In this document: positions 25,501 through 38,574 of the stretch, in pieces
Position numbering within the stretch: the stretch's first letter is position 1
How the letters are laid out: each line of letters starts with the position of its first letter
From: Enoplolaimus lenunculus
Lineage: Eukaryota
Length of the DNA stretch: 64,000 nucleotides
Assembly (NCBI GenBank): GCA_030248215.1
Contig: JASANG010001409.1
Coordinates: 248,001-312,000, forward strand
Direction: 5' to 3'
Notes under the pieces: generated by a model
Told to the model about the DNA's origin: nothing
The model's database searches: none
The model's input: the letters and a program-made list of their open reading frames with translations, nothing else
Made by a program: the position numbers and the translations under genes

Positions 25501-28500
25501 GACTGATATTGCATGGCACACCTAAAGGTTCCTGTTTGTTATTCGTTTACGGAGTGTTATTTACTTGTAATTCACCCTGCGTGTAATTGGAACGAATCCA
25601 TTCTTGTGATGTTCTGTTTCTGGCGCAGGACTGACTTGATCCGAAGCATTTATGTCGATTGTCATGTTCGTTTTTCCCGAACTTTAACAAGTTTCTTCGG
25701 GTTGTCTGAGCGTTTGTTACATGCAGTCTAGATGACCATTGTTATGCTTTCGTGTCTTACATGGACTCTAATTAGGATTTAGGGACTCAATCCGCTCACT
25801 ATAATCAAAGTTTCAATCTTCTATTACTTGGGACTTGGTACAGTCAGTCATTTTTCAAACAAACCAATCGCGAGCTACGAAAAGTAGCATATCTGTCAGA
25901 TTAGTATTAATTGCAAGCTGTGTTTGCGATACAAGCTCACTCTAGATTTTAAATTAATAAAATCTAACACCCGCTTATTCGGCTCCGGCGGAAGCGCCCC
26001 TCAAACCTAATAATTGGTGGGCTGACCCATAGTGGAACAACCGTTAGGTAGTCCCATATTGGCAAACTAAAATTTTGTTCGCGAACCATGAAGTTGTATA
26101 CGAGATCCGAAATATTACGGGTCCCTCGGACCTCGTTTGGGTAGAGCGCTCGATTATCGTACCGCTGACCCAGTACACGCGTACCCGATTTGAGTTTTAC
26201 TCCAAACGTATCGCGAACCCGACGCTGGCGACAATTCGCAGTCATTTGAACCGTTCAATATTTGAAATATTTTGACCAGTTCTGCGTTTGATCTCAACGG
26301 AAAGTCGTTACCCGAATATATTTGAACGTATTTCCACGGATATCGCTTCGAGTGCGATAACAAGTCGTCTAGACATATTAAAGCTGCTTCAAGAACACTG
26401 TAGTTGCCTGAAACCGTTTTAAAATCACAGTTTATTCGAAAAATATTACTCAAGTTCTATGGATCTCGTACACTTTTTCTCTATCTAAGATTAAGGCTTT
26501 AGGCTCAGGCTAAGGCTTGCGTAAAGGTTCAGGAAAGGGTTTATGCCTAAACTAAGGTATAAGCCATTTCTGAAACCTAAGCCCAAGCTTAACATTGAGC
26601 CTAAGCCTAAGGCTGTGGGAGGGAAACGTAAGCCATGCTCTACTGTAAATATCGAAATAACATTCCAAGTAATGGCGGAGTTGGGTTCAAGGGGATCCAG
26701 CTACACGGCACCCACTTGCGTTCCCCAAGCAGTTTTTACACTTACATAATGTTTTACTGTGGGACTAAAATATAGTAAGCTTCAGCTTTAAACAAATTTT
26801 TTGCTTGCCTTATTGTTAGGCTTAGGCTTAGGAATATGCTCATTCTTACGCTTAGGCTTAGGCTTAGGCTTACGCTTAGGCTTAGGCTTAGGCTTAGGCT
26901 TAGGCTTAGGCTTAGGCTTAGAAATATGCTCATTCATACGCTTAGGTTTAGGCTTAGGCTTAGGCTTAGAAATATGCTCATTCATACGCTTAGGTTTAGG
27001 CTTAAGCTTATGCTTAATAGTCTTAGGCTTATAATACTGTTCCGCCACCTGTTGTTTACAGTGGCCAAAAATTACTATTCTTACCCCATTGTACGTTCAC
27101 TGCCCGGTTAGAAATGACAACATTATTAAAACAAGACGCCCCAGCTACGACTGATCGTTTCACATCGACCTTTGATGTTGCATCGATATGAATGCAGTAC
27201 AAATTCTGTGGCCAATAAATTGATTGCAGAAGACGAAAAAACTGATCAGGCTGTTCATGAATAAGTATAGCGTATGCGAGTGGAAATTGACTTTCGGCTA
27301 AACTTTTAGGCTGGCTCGGAAACCAGTAGGTTTGCCTAAAATGTACGGTTACTCCTGAAATTACACTGTAAATTCCTATGAGTTGATTAATCAATGCAGC
27401 TAGTGAGATGGTTATTTCTGAATTAATATCAGTCAACGTAAACTCACCCCGAGTTGAGTTGAATCTTACTCTGAGTTAAGTTAACTTTGGGTGAGTTGGT
27501 TAATTAACTCAAACTGAATTGAATCAACTCAAAATTCTGAGTTCTGATAGTCCTAACTCAGACTGAGTGATTCAACTCATTCTGAGTTAAAATCAACTCA
27601 CTTGGATTTACAGTGTATGAAACTCAAAATCTGCTCCTACACTGTAAATTCCAATGCGTTGATTAATCAATTCAGCTAGCGAGTTGGTTATTTTTGAATT
27701 AATATCAGCATACATTAACTTACTTTGAGTTGATTTGATTCTCACTCTGAGTTGAGTTTACGCTGGGTGAGTTGATTAATTAACTCATAATGAATTGAAT
27801 CAACTCAAAATTCTGAGTTCTGATAGTCCTAACTCAGACTGAGTGATTCAACTCATTCTGAGTTAAAATCAACTCACTGAAATTTACAGTGTACAAATAA
27901 TGGCTATTTTTAAGGGTTTCGCATAAATTTTGCTAAACTAAACATTTAGGTTTCATTTGTTGCGGCTCGCTAAGAAACCAGTAGGTTTGCTTAAAGTACA
28001 GCTATTGTTGATGGTATCACGACAATTCGTCGGTCGACAACTCGTCGACCGACTCGTTTTAATCCTAAATTTCAACGACTCGATATTACCCGTCACTATG
28101 TTTAGGCTTTGACATAGGTGGCCAATGCAAAGAACATGGGCGGAACAGTATTATAAGCATATTCCTAAGCCTAAGCCTAAGTATGAGCATATTCCTACGC
28201 CTAATCCTAAGCCTAAGCCAAACAAAAAAATTAATCAAAACCTTATGCTTACTCTATTGCAGTCCCACAGAAACACGTACCGCCCGTGATCTTTACATGG
28301 GCCAAACTTCAAACTACAAAAAAGCATTTTGAAATAATTCACATTTTATTGCTGTTCAAATTGAAACTTGCAGAATTTTCTAATCTTTTTACTGCGCTAT
28401 ACTCGGTTATAAATTAAGCCTAGACGCCTGAACCTGAAACTAACTATATTCCGCTATGTCGAAATTTGTTCCCTAAGCCTATTGCTAAGTCACATACCGA

Positions 28501-29653
28501 AACGAAGTGCAATTTTGTGTCACCGCTAAAACTTCTCGGTCGCTCCTTTTGTCGGGCGGAGTCCAATCGATGGCAAATTGAACGAATTGTGGACTTGACG
28601 TATTTTCAAACAATGAAACGCAGTCCGGAAATGGCGCGCCATACGGCGCCTTTTGATCTGTGCCGTTATCGGCCGTTTTGAAACTGAAGTTCACAATCTG
28701 TGAAGCTGCGACGCTTCCATCTGATTCGCTGCAAAATTTTCAAATTGAAATTTTAAATTTTTGAAATTTGAATGGTTAAATTTTTGCAATTTTGCTTGCA
28801 AAAATGTTCATGAGTACGAATAGGATCATTCTATATGTGAAGCTTTCGTCTTGTACCGCGGGGCATCCATTTCAACTATGCGTATAGTCTGAACATTATC
28901 GCCATCTGTCACAGCCTTGGCAAACTTGGCTTGTAGAGCTGAAAAGGAATTGACCGCCCCGGATACACCTCACAGATAAACAGGCAGCATGCCGACTGCC
29001 AGATTTTAGTCCTATATCAACAGGCAGGAGCCAATGTTATTTTTAAGGCCGTAACAGTAAAGTGTATTCCTAAAGCCTAAGCCTCAGCCTATAAGCGTTG
29101 AGAAAAGTGTATTTCTAACCCCACGCCTAAGCCTTTGCAATAATGTACCTAGTCTATATGGGTATGCGCGTGTAGCTTTTACAAAGTGTATAATGTTAAG
29201 ACACATACATACTCGTGCACATACAGCACCAGAGGAAATTATGATATCGGCCGTGTGGTGTAATGGTTAACGCGCTTGACTCGCGATCGCCAGGTCCGAG
29301 GTTCAATTCCCGGCGTGGCCATATGTTTCGAAGAAATTTAGGGGGAAAACCATGTATATTCGCAGTACTTCGAGGAAAGAGGTCGTCCCGACCATGCAGT
29401 CCTTACAGTCTAGAATTCTAAACCTACTCTCTTAGTGACCCACGCGAAACTGCGACGGCCTGTAAAGTAACATGGGCCCAGGCAGCGAAGGTTATTAGGA
29501 AAAATGCTTTCATTAATACCTATTAAATGATAGCAACAATAATTGCTTTGAGCGCAATCTGGTTGATGATAAAATTGCCAACGCAAACAGCAACAGCGGT
29601 AAACTTAGCACAGCAGCGAGAATTCGTTTGCGGTGCGGTGCAAAACGGAACAT
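22553..29653 (-). CDS. Core-2/I-branching beta-1,6-N-acetylglucosaminyltransferase family (GT14/GCNT), paralogue 1
   Basis: Exons 29653-29520 (MFRFAPHRKRILAAVLSLPLLLFALAIL, type II anchor), 28728-28498, 27335-27085 (FPLAYAILIH..YWPQNLYCIHID), 26407-26185 (PWKYVQIYSGNDFPLRSNAELV), 24358-24132 (LYKGS..VPDETYWSTL..APG), 23010-22553 (CHSGKWSHGSCIFGVLDLP..HKF..CL). Phases are consistent. Confidence 0.9.
23026..23189. repeat. ~25-bp AT-rich minisatellite next to a splice acceptor
   Basis: TAAAATTGAAATTAAAAAATATTAC repeated about 6-7 times. Confidence 0.85.
29249..29321 (+). pseudogene. tRNA-like sequence (pseudo-tRNA or SINE head)
   Basis: GGCCGTG..TGGTGTAATGG (A box)..GGTTCAATTCC (B box)..CGTGGCCA. 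The acceptor stem pairs only partly and the anticodon stem (CTTGA/TCGCC) is badly mismatched. It lies inside an insertion within a MITE. Confidence 0.65.
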
Positions 29654-30450
29654 TTTCAGTTTAAATATATATAATTACGAATATTTCGGACAATGTTACT
29701 TTTATAGCCGTAACAGTAGATTAAGCGTATTCCTAAGCCTAAGCCTAAGCGTTGCAAAAGCGTTTTCCTAAGCCTAAGCTTACCCCTAAGCCTAAGCCTA
29801 AGCGTAAAAACGTCCATCGCTCTAGTAACACCTTTTAAAATTGAGCAAAAAAAACATAAAACAAAATAACAAAATGAAATCGATAAAAGACTAAAACGGA
29901 GTTCATATGCTAAAGCCTAACTTGATATTCCTACGAAAAACATTACCTTTAGAAGCGTGTCATTCTCGTACGTCATTCACTATGCCCTAAACTAAGCGTC
30001 ACAGTGAGGACAACGTCTAAGCCTAAGCCTAAGCCTATTAACTGTAAAGTTGTTACATTTCTAATTTTCGTGAAATTAACCAAAATTACAAAAAGGCGAA
30101 AAAACGAAAAAAACGACGAAAACTTTAAACGTCTACAGAGTTGTTTCTGCAATTTAGATACAATGACTATGATAGGGAAAAGTTATCAAACTGTTACTAA
30201 TATCGTATGATCAAATACGTCCTGTAGTATACACTTTATGGTTTATGTAGTTTAAAATTTGTGGTTTTTTTGTAATTTGTCAATTGTTTAAACGTCTTTG
30301 CATTTTTGTAAATGAAATCAAGAAAGTTTGGTTTTGAAATTTAAGATGCATCTTGTGATGCTTGACAGGCGCACGCTTTAGCGCTCGATACCATATTTTA
30401 CAGAATAGTCATGGCCAATGCATTAAAGAACAGAGGCGGAACAGTATTAT

Positions 30451-33400
30451 TGTTACAGTTGCGACCAACGGGAACCTCTGAGGACGAATCTGAGTGGTAT
30501 CCCTCACGGGTGTTCATGGTTGTGGGTATACCCACTAAGCCTACGAGTCCAGTGGATGATGGTTCACTAGGCGTGACATCGGGTTTTGAGAGTCACAAAA
30601 TTCCGACGTCGTCGTACGCCTAAGCTCTCACGAACGCTCGCATACGTAGCTATGTTGCACCCCCAACAATGAGTTTTACCCCTTGGTCATTATTTGAGAC
30701 TGTGTGGCTGCAGCTAATTTTCAGGGTTAAACTCAGTGGCCTTTGGGCCTAGGTTCTCATAGACACTCGGTGTCATTCTAAGGTTGGTTGATTTCTTGAT
30801 TGATCGATTGTGATCCTGAAGAATTTAAATTTTCGGTTATTAGCCTATTTTACAGAAAGGCGGTTCGATCCATGCCTTGAGGGTTTTATTTTATTTTGGG
30901 CACTCTGATTCGCACCAGCACTGTTTAATCAGTTAAAATTTCTGCCATGGCTCAGGGCCAGGAATTTCTGTGAACGCTCAGGTTCAAGACTACACACGGT
31001 TTTAAATTTTGGTTATTGAGGTGGCGAGTAGTTAACATGACAAAATACCATAGAAATACCTTAATTCGTTATTTTATTCGAATAACCCACTATCCTATCC
31101 GTCAGCGTTTGAAAGTACCGAGCTATCAAATTAGCTTTCGTAATATAGATAATTGGTAAAAGGAATTAACCGTTAAACAATGGAAACGACTAGTATCCCT
31201 ATGAAACTGGCATTGCCTTACGGTGAGTCAACCGCCTTACCAACTTTCACCTTGGTCTGAATATAGGGAACTAACCACTCCTGGTATCTTACTAGTCATG
31301 CTCCGGGGGGCACGTCCAAGCCCAGTGGAGAGTCCTAGATTCACCCGATTAAGGTTATCGTTTGTCTAATCAAAAGTGCGGGCCTGAGAGATATACAGCT
31401 TGGCGAAGCCGTGCTCCTAGAGACACTTTCCCTGTACCTGGGCGAGTCAAGCAGTTCTTAATACGCTCCTGAAACAATCACACGTACGCACCGTATAATC
31501 TAGGGGTGGATTGCGACGAGAATTTATCCTAGATGGACTGGGTGGACTGGGGACAGATTCACATCGTTGAGGGTCTTAAATAGAATTGTCCGGTTCAAAG
31601 GCGTTTGTTCAAGAACTGTTCTGTCATTCCTATGTCCTAGACCTAGATCCCTTGCAGGCTGCACACTCAGTAGTTTGATTGACAACGGGGTGATATACCT
31701 TTTAGTTTAACAACCTGGGCATGCCTAGAATCGTCTCAAATCGCGGTGCATATTGAAAATTTTATCAGGCAGACAGGGCTTTAGCTATGTTTGACAATTC
31801 CCTAATGCTTAGCATTAGGCAGCTTTGGCTTCCCTGCTACCGTTGACACTCAATATTTTGAGTATTGTTGAGTAATTTCTTTTCTGGCTCATGACGGTTT
31901 ACTAAATTTGAGCATCAATCTTGATCAGTTTATACCCCTTCTGGAGTTCCACAAAATACGTAACCCCTCCCAAAATTTCTACAAGATACCTGCGTCATCG
32001 CCAACGCCAGGCAAAGTTTGAAAAAAATTTCGACCCACACTCCTTTGTGAAACCTAGAAAATTCTACATTAGCCCCCCTTTTTACTTAATTTCTTAACCC
32101 CTGCGCACAACGCGCAATAGCCCTTCGTCTTAGCTGCGCGCTCCAAGAATTTCGAGTGCCCGTGTCGCTATACAGTGCACGGAAAACTCGGTTTGCTGTG
32201 TCGCTACTCGCGCTCGCGACTGAAAAGCGAAGAAATCAAAACTGAAACTGAAATGTGCAACCGTGCAGCGCCTTTATATACCCTCGTTCAGACGCGTGTC
32301 ATTGGTCAGCACTCACGGCCAATGAGAATGCTCATAAACAGACGCGGTTGAGCAATACTATTGGACAAGGAGATTACAGTCACGAGAGTCAATAGGAAAT
32401 CACATAAAAATCCGGCCGACGGTCCTCTAATTGGTTAACGAGACTTTTGCACGTAATCTCTAGAACTCACATCGAAAAGGGGTGAGCCAATAAAATTGAA
32501 TGTAAGCTGTGTGGCCATGGGACAAATGCTAGTTCTGAACATTTTAGGTAAGACTTGCTTGATTGTACAACTCCCTCAAAACATTAGTACGCACATGTGC
32601 CGTTTCATTCGGGTCATTTTCCTCCTCTCGGAATGCCTATTTTGTTTTTTAACTAGTACCGACCGTTAATAATTGAGACTCCACAGTACAGAGAAATCAT
32701 GCAAAACGGTGTATAAAAGAGAAACCAGGATAGAAATGAAAGACATGCAAGTCAAATAAAATGTGCCAACATCCAGTTAAGCTAGGGAGCATGGTCTACA
32801 TCATGCGGGGCTGTGTTATTTAACCAATTGAAACGCACAATTTTACTACTCTAGTGGTTACCGCATGCCTACAACCTTAAAATTTCCCTTGACAGTAGTG
32901 CCAATTAGCGTATGCTATGCTAACGTTTCTTAGGTTTAAAGTTCACGAAAACTTCTATTCAACCTTACTGGTTAAAAACAATGAAAGCGACAATAAAAGC
33001 ACGAAAGCATAAACAATAAATCCAACGAGTGCAAAACATATACATGTAAAACGTCACAAATCCTTACCCATACAGTTCCTGGTGAAATGCCAAAAGACAG
33101 CTTCAATAAAATTTCTGTATCATTCCTGAGATTCTCGCAATAAAATTTCAGCCTAACTTTAGGGATACGCGCGTAGAACACTCTCGGTCAACTCAGGGGC
33201 TCTAAAGACTAGTCGGCGCCGGGGAGTTCCTAGACCGCCACACCAGTTGACAGGAAAAATGGTGTCACCCAATACGCACGCACTATTCCTGAGATACCTT
33301 TTCCTTCAGTTTCATCCAATTGAAAACAGCGCATAGGCTCTGTAAAACCCAAATTTGTTTTAAAACACACTACCAGTACACATTGCTAGCTACGCGGGTC

Positions 33401-33470
33401 GCACGGAGCTGTGGGTATAAAACGCCCGTACTTCTTTAAATATCCCTTTCGGCCCACAGCCAGGGTATTT
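30451..33470 (-). mobile_element. Large LTR-like sequence inserted into the left arm of a MITE
   Basis: The MITE at 30412 breaks after AGTATTAT and is followed by TGTTACA (minus-strand ..TGTAACA end). A minus-strand TATA/Inr/CCAAT cluster lies at 32230-32495. The far boundary is uncertain. Confidence 0.5.
32230..32495 (-). promoter_or_regulatory. Pol II-like core promoter: CCAAT cluster, TATA, TCAGT initiator
   Basis: Minus-strand GGTATATAAAGG (~32271-32282), TTTCAGTTTCAGT about 30 bp downstream, and about five CCAAT/ATTGG motifs between 32301 and 32491. Confidence 0.55.
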
Positions 33471-34959
33471 TTCTTATTCAGAGAGGTGTGCTGCATCGAA
33501 AGGTACCACCTTTAGCCTTAGACTCGCAAATTTGCATTTTTGCATTTTTGACAGGTCGAGGGTGAAACAACATTCTCATATCGCAACTGAAACATAATTT
33601 AAAGGCGAGCTTTCCAGGAAATCGAGGACTTTGTGTAAATTTTAGGAATTTAATATTTGTACACTGACGAAAAATATGCGAACAGAATGATTGAACATGA
33701 AGTATTGCTCCAATATACACATTATCTCATGGATTTACAAGCTACTGACAGCGATTGTTTTTCAACTTGGTAAACATAATAGTACGGACAGTGCTGGACG
33801 TCAACAAAGGTATAGCGCAATTCTAAAGCGGACTGTTTCGGAATGAATCTTCCACTGTATTTATATAAATTATCAGTGATGTTTATTTGGAATTTTTGCA
33901 TAAAAAATTTTACTGTTGAACACGCAGTTGTGGTTATTTGGCTTGGACACAGCACAACTGACGGCCAAAAACAAAATTGATAACGGAACTTTTAAGTAAT
34001 GAAAACCCAAGTTTACAGCGGCAGTTTCGTAGAAAAACGTTTCGCCTGTGATCTTGACATGATCCAGCATTTAAGTTTAGATGCTCAAATAATCACCGGT
34101 TTCAGGCGCTGTTTAGCAAAATGTTTATGTGGAGTTATCTTGCAACCTTAAATACCTGATTAGCTCTCGGGTCGTTTTGCAACCAATCGCAATACCAGAG
34201 ACTGACCCTGCTTGAGATAAAAACAGAGAGCATGAATCATGCGAAAATGGACAAAAATGGTAAATAAAATAACCATAGGTTAAAGATAAACTGTTTAATT
34301 TTGGGCAGTTTGGAAATTACCATAGTGGGTAAACGGATAGTAAAAATTACAGAAACAGGTATTAGAATTACACCGGTCCAACTGTATGAGTATTGCAATA
34401 ACAATTGTATAAAACATGGCAATAACAGCAGCATGAACACAGGAGTCCGTATTCCTAGTAGAAGTCCGCAAGCGGATAGAGTCCTTGAACCGTAATTAAG
34501 AGTCGGTCGATAAATGTCGATTATTCCTCATTGTAGTGCATAAATGACTCCAGGACCAAATATAGTTAACTTCAAAGTTTTAAAGCATACTTAAGGTTTG
34601 AATACACATTTGTAAGTATAACCTTGCATTGTCGGTCAACCTATTGATACACGACAAATAAACGTTTAATTCAATGGATAATTGCAGTACCGGATATATA
34701 TCAGTAACGAAAGGTGGCGGAGTGCGGGTTAAATATAAAGACAGTCCGTAACGAAATAACTATGGGGGTACTTTCTGCAGAGGCCAAATAAATATCAGTC
34801 CACCCCTCTTATTCGGGTAAGTACAATATATATATCGTGCGATCCCTCGAAAAATTTACTCTGTAAATCATACACATACTCTCACTTCGTAAATTCTCCA
34901 CCTCGTAAATCCACCGCAGCTGTTTGCATCCGCCACAACAGCTCCCCCTTTTGAATATC

Positions 34960-36986
34960 CCTGTTGCGCCACGGTTATACCTACCTCATACATGTAAAAT
35001 TTAAGTACAGGCGCGTTCACAGAAAGTTATATTGTCAGGAACACATTTCTTTTTACATAAGACCTGTAAGCTGTTTTTTAAGCAAACACTGCCGATCACC
35101 GGCACAACCTCAATGACTAAGGTGTAATGGTCTTTCTGAGTTTTGGACTTTGGTATTCATGAGGTTACGTAAATTGCGGACTGATTCCGGCCGGTCATGC
35201 TCGCAAATACCGAAAAGAATTGTTATTTTGTTGACATGTATGTTGCTATTTTTTAATATGTAGTATTTTTGTATTGCGCCATTTTTCCTTTTGGTATATA
35301 TTTTTTGTATTCCCTCTTTTGTTTTATCTCGCAGTATTCATTATTATGTCGTACTGTTATTCTGTCACCTTTTCTATGTTGTGTGATTTTTATCGCCTTC
35401 CTGAGCACATAGAGCCATACCCCATTACGCTTAGTTAAATTCTGCTGGATTGGCCCTCAACTGCCCCCCGGGCATCTGACCAGAAAATCGTGACTATTTC
35501 CTATTACACCGGGTTTGACCAGAAATTTTATTTTCATCTCCCTCGCTGTTTGACTAGGTAGTGAAGTATCACAGCAGGTTTCGACTAGACACAATGCACT
35601 GTATACTGAATGGAACTAGTGCAGGCTCGCGGAAGTACAGATAGACGCAAGCAATTAGATAGGTGGGTTACTTGTGCTGGTACAAGTGGGTGGACGGTGT
35701 TCCACCAACGGATTACTATTATGATGGGTGATAAGCTGTAGCAATCCAGGTGTTTAGAAGCCCAATTCAGCCCTGATTTCACTTAGGGTCATTTTATAGT
35801 AAAATGATTGCGTTGCGACCCCATATCGAAATCGGACTAGAGCCACCTATGTTGCACTTTGACTAATACCGGGCTGAGTTAGGTTAATGTGTAACCCTGA
35901 AAATTGAGAATTGTAACGATACTTGAGAGAGGTGAGGGTACACAGTAAAAATGGAGAAAACGAGGGTTGCAATGATCAGGTGGTTAGAGAGGGGAAACCG
36001 TGCCCATTTGGGAAGATTGACACATCCTAGTTCTCTTTAGTTCGCCATCAGCTCCGCAGATACCTATATTCTCTCGTCCATGTAACTCCCAAACACATTT
36101 TGTGCCGCATGCGACTTTATAACGCTATGAACAGGAAATGTGCTCTAGAATCAGAACCTACTTAAGGATGAACACAAAAAACTGAGACGCTGTGAGCGAG
36201 GACATAGCCGCAACGAGGGGACACCCAGCCCGAGGTGCTAGAATGAAGTGAGACCCATAGTTGGTCTCAAGGAAATATATCCCGGAGCAATTTGCCCTAC
36301 GACTTTTCTTTCAGTGTTACCATACAGGACGCTGTATCGCTTACGCTTCGTCATTCAGTTATCTTGGTAGATTGCGCGGTCGTAAGCCAAGTTTACACAG
36401 AGGGGGGGAGGAAGGCAAGGCAGGCCGGAACGTGTACACCGGGTGTGTGGAAATTTACAGTTAGGATGTGTACGACCCGGATTTTTAGCAGGCGAATACG
36501 GTTCTTGTCAGTATGAGGAATGCATCCGTTAGGTATACCCTTGCGTCCCTTGCTGAACTCCTTTTTGATAATTCAGATTCCGAAGTTTCTTATAGCAAGC
36601 GCGGATCCCTCTAGTAGAGCACTACGACGCCCGAGAGTTTTACAGCCTTCCTTAGAGCATGATTAATGGTTAAAATTTCTAACTTGTATTGCATTTCAAA
36701 TATTTGATGTTTTCAAAACTTCAGGGTGCAGTGACCCGTTAGGTTTTCAAAACACTTCAGGGCTGTCCCTTTGAATTTTGAATCGTGAAGGATAATAATT
36801 TGAGTCGGAGAGGCGTCCCGGGTTTTGACAAAAAGGGGGTTTTCGATCGGAGTAAAATGTAAAAAGAGAATCGCTTTGTAACAATGTAGTAGGATTTATA
36901 TTTAAGATGACCTCGGAACGCCTGGTGGTAGAAATTTGGGACCGGAGAAGAAGCGTAGGAATTTCTCTTAGGTTGAGTTGTGTCAC
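34960..36986. mobile_element. Second LTR-like, MITE-free GC-richer segment
   Basis: Ends in ..GTCACA; weak motif similarity to 32520-32600 (GACA.AT.CTAGTTCT, AACTCCC..TGTGCCG). No ORF recognised. Confidence 0.3.
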
Positions 36987-37129
36987 ACTGGCCTATGCTT
37001 ATAAGTTGTTTTAGGGCTATTGGTAAAGGTTTACCGCTGAGGTTGGTTTTGCGGTTTGGGATCGATGTTTTAAAGGTAGTGGCTGTTTACTATATCTAGC
37101 ATCCTATACTTAGGCAAAACAGCTCTAGG

Positions 37130-37770
37130 GCATAAAAACGCAAAAATGCGAATTTCGAGATAGGTTGTCAAAATTGACACCATTCGATTCAACTCGACGA
37201 GCTGAGCAATAAAAATACGTTGACTATGTGTCAGAAACAAATAATTCGGAAGTTATGCTCAGAGAAAGTTTGAATTTTTGTGTGTATAATTTTACGGATT
37301 TTGAGGCGAGAAACGCCAAAACACGAATTTTCAGATACCTCGCCGGGACCTGTGCCGTTAGATAGAGCTCATCGCACTGAGCAATAAAAATACCTTGACC
37401 ATGGTTCTGGAACCTTCTCTTCGAAAGTTATGGCCACCTAAAGTTTATGAAAAGTTAACTGTAAAATTTTACGGATCCCAGGGTGAAAAATGCAAAAACA
37501 CTAATTTAGGAATCTGGAATCGAAACCCATACCATTCGATGCAGCTCATCGAACTGAGCAATAAAACCACCCTGACTAGGGGTCTGCGACTTTTCGTTCA
37601 AAAGTTTTAGGTGTTTAACGTTTTCGAAATTTTACGTGTATATATAATTTTACTGATTCGGGATCGAAAAATGCCAAAACACGAATTTGGGGATCCGTAG
37701 TTGAGACCCCTGCCATTCGATAGAGCTAAGAAGTAAAACTGTGAAAACTCTGACTATGATCCTGTTCAAT
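37130..37770. repeat. Diverged ~176-bp tandem repeat (about 3.5 copies), probably transposon-internal
   Basis: CTGAGCAATAAAA recurs at ~37203, 37378 and 37554, each preceded by CCATTCGAT-like and CGAATTT motifs. Confidence 0.65.
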
Positions 37771-38574
37771 AAGTTTAAACGGACCTGTTCAATGCAAATA
37801 TGTTGACACAATTAAGCATCATTAGAATGTCAAATTTGGCCCTTGTACACTAATTTTCATAGGTTTCGGCTTAGCTTTCTGCAGCCTAAAAGCCAAAGCA
37901 TTTGCCTCAGTCTAAGGCTGATCCTAAACCGCAATCTTAAATACACCGATCCAAAATCTTGGAGATGAAAATTTGTGTTTTATGATGTTTCAAGATATAC
38001 ACGGCGTATATGTCCAGCCCAAGCAGTAATTCGACTCAATTACTAATTGGGCTAGCCCATGGCATTATTCTTTCGACGGGTACATGTGCACGCCTTGTGA
38101 CTGATTACTACTTTATGTCGTACTCAAATACGACTACCTAATGCAAATACTGTTTTCTGATTGGCTAATTAATCGGTACCTGTTGGCTACCAAACAGTTT
38201 GTTTTACAAAACAAGAGTGGAATCAAGCAGGATTACGACTATCAAGTAACCAATTAGCTAACACACAGCTTTGTCAGACATGATTCCGCCTTGGACTCGC
38301 CCAAGTCATAATTTCGTTTTGGTGGACTAGCCAAATTCAGGAATGGGCTGAATCACGACTTGGGCTGCGACATATAAACAACATATGTTACGGACCCGTA
38401 GTCAGAAGGGGGCATGGAGATCAGCCCCCCTTCAAAAATGTTGGGCCCCCTTTGAAAACTTTTAATCTTACCTGGAAGTCATTTGTTCCTCCTGAAAATT
38501 TTTTGCCCCTCCTAGCAATGTAAGCTGACTACGAGCCTGATGCATTATTTGTATAATTTTTCGAAAATATTTAT

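Noticed and set aside
15049..27111. LSLSLS / KPKPKP / LGLGLG / LRLRLR ORFs
   Set aside because: They are translations of GCCTAA/TTAGGC hexamer arrays inside MITEs.
29249..29321. Functional tRNA gene
   Set aside because: The anticodon stem is mispaired and the sequence lies inside a nested insertion; kept only as tRNA-like.
33873..34010. Conserved peptide VNLGF..KVPLSILF..KIPNKHH in both duplicate copies
   Set aside because: Many of the differences between copies are amino-acid changing and no family is recognisable; probably non-coding.
30451..36986. One intact LTR retrotransposon
   Set aside because: No matching LTR pair, no TSD, and no gag, RT or integrase ORF; the region is interrupted by a duplicated segment and MITEs.
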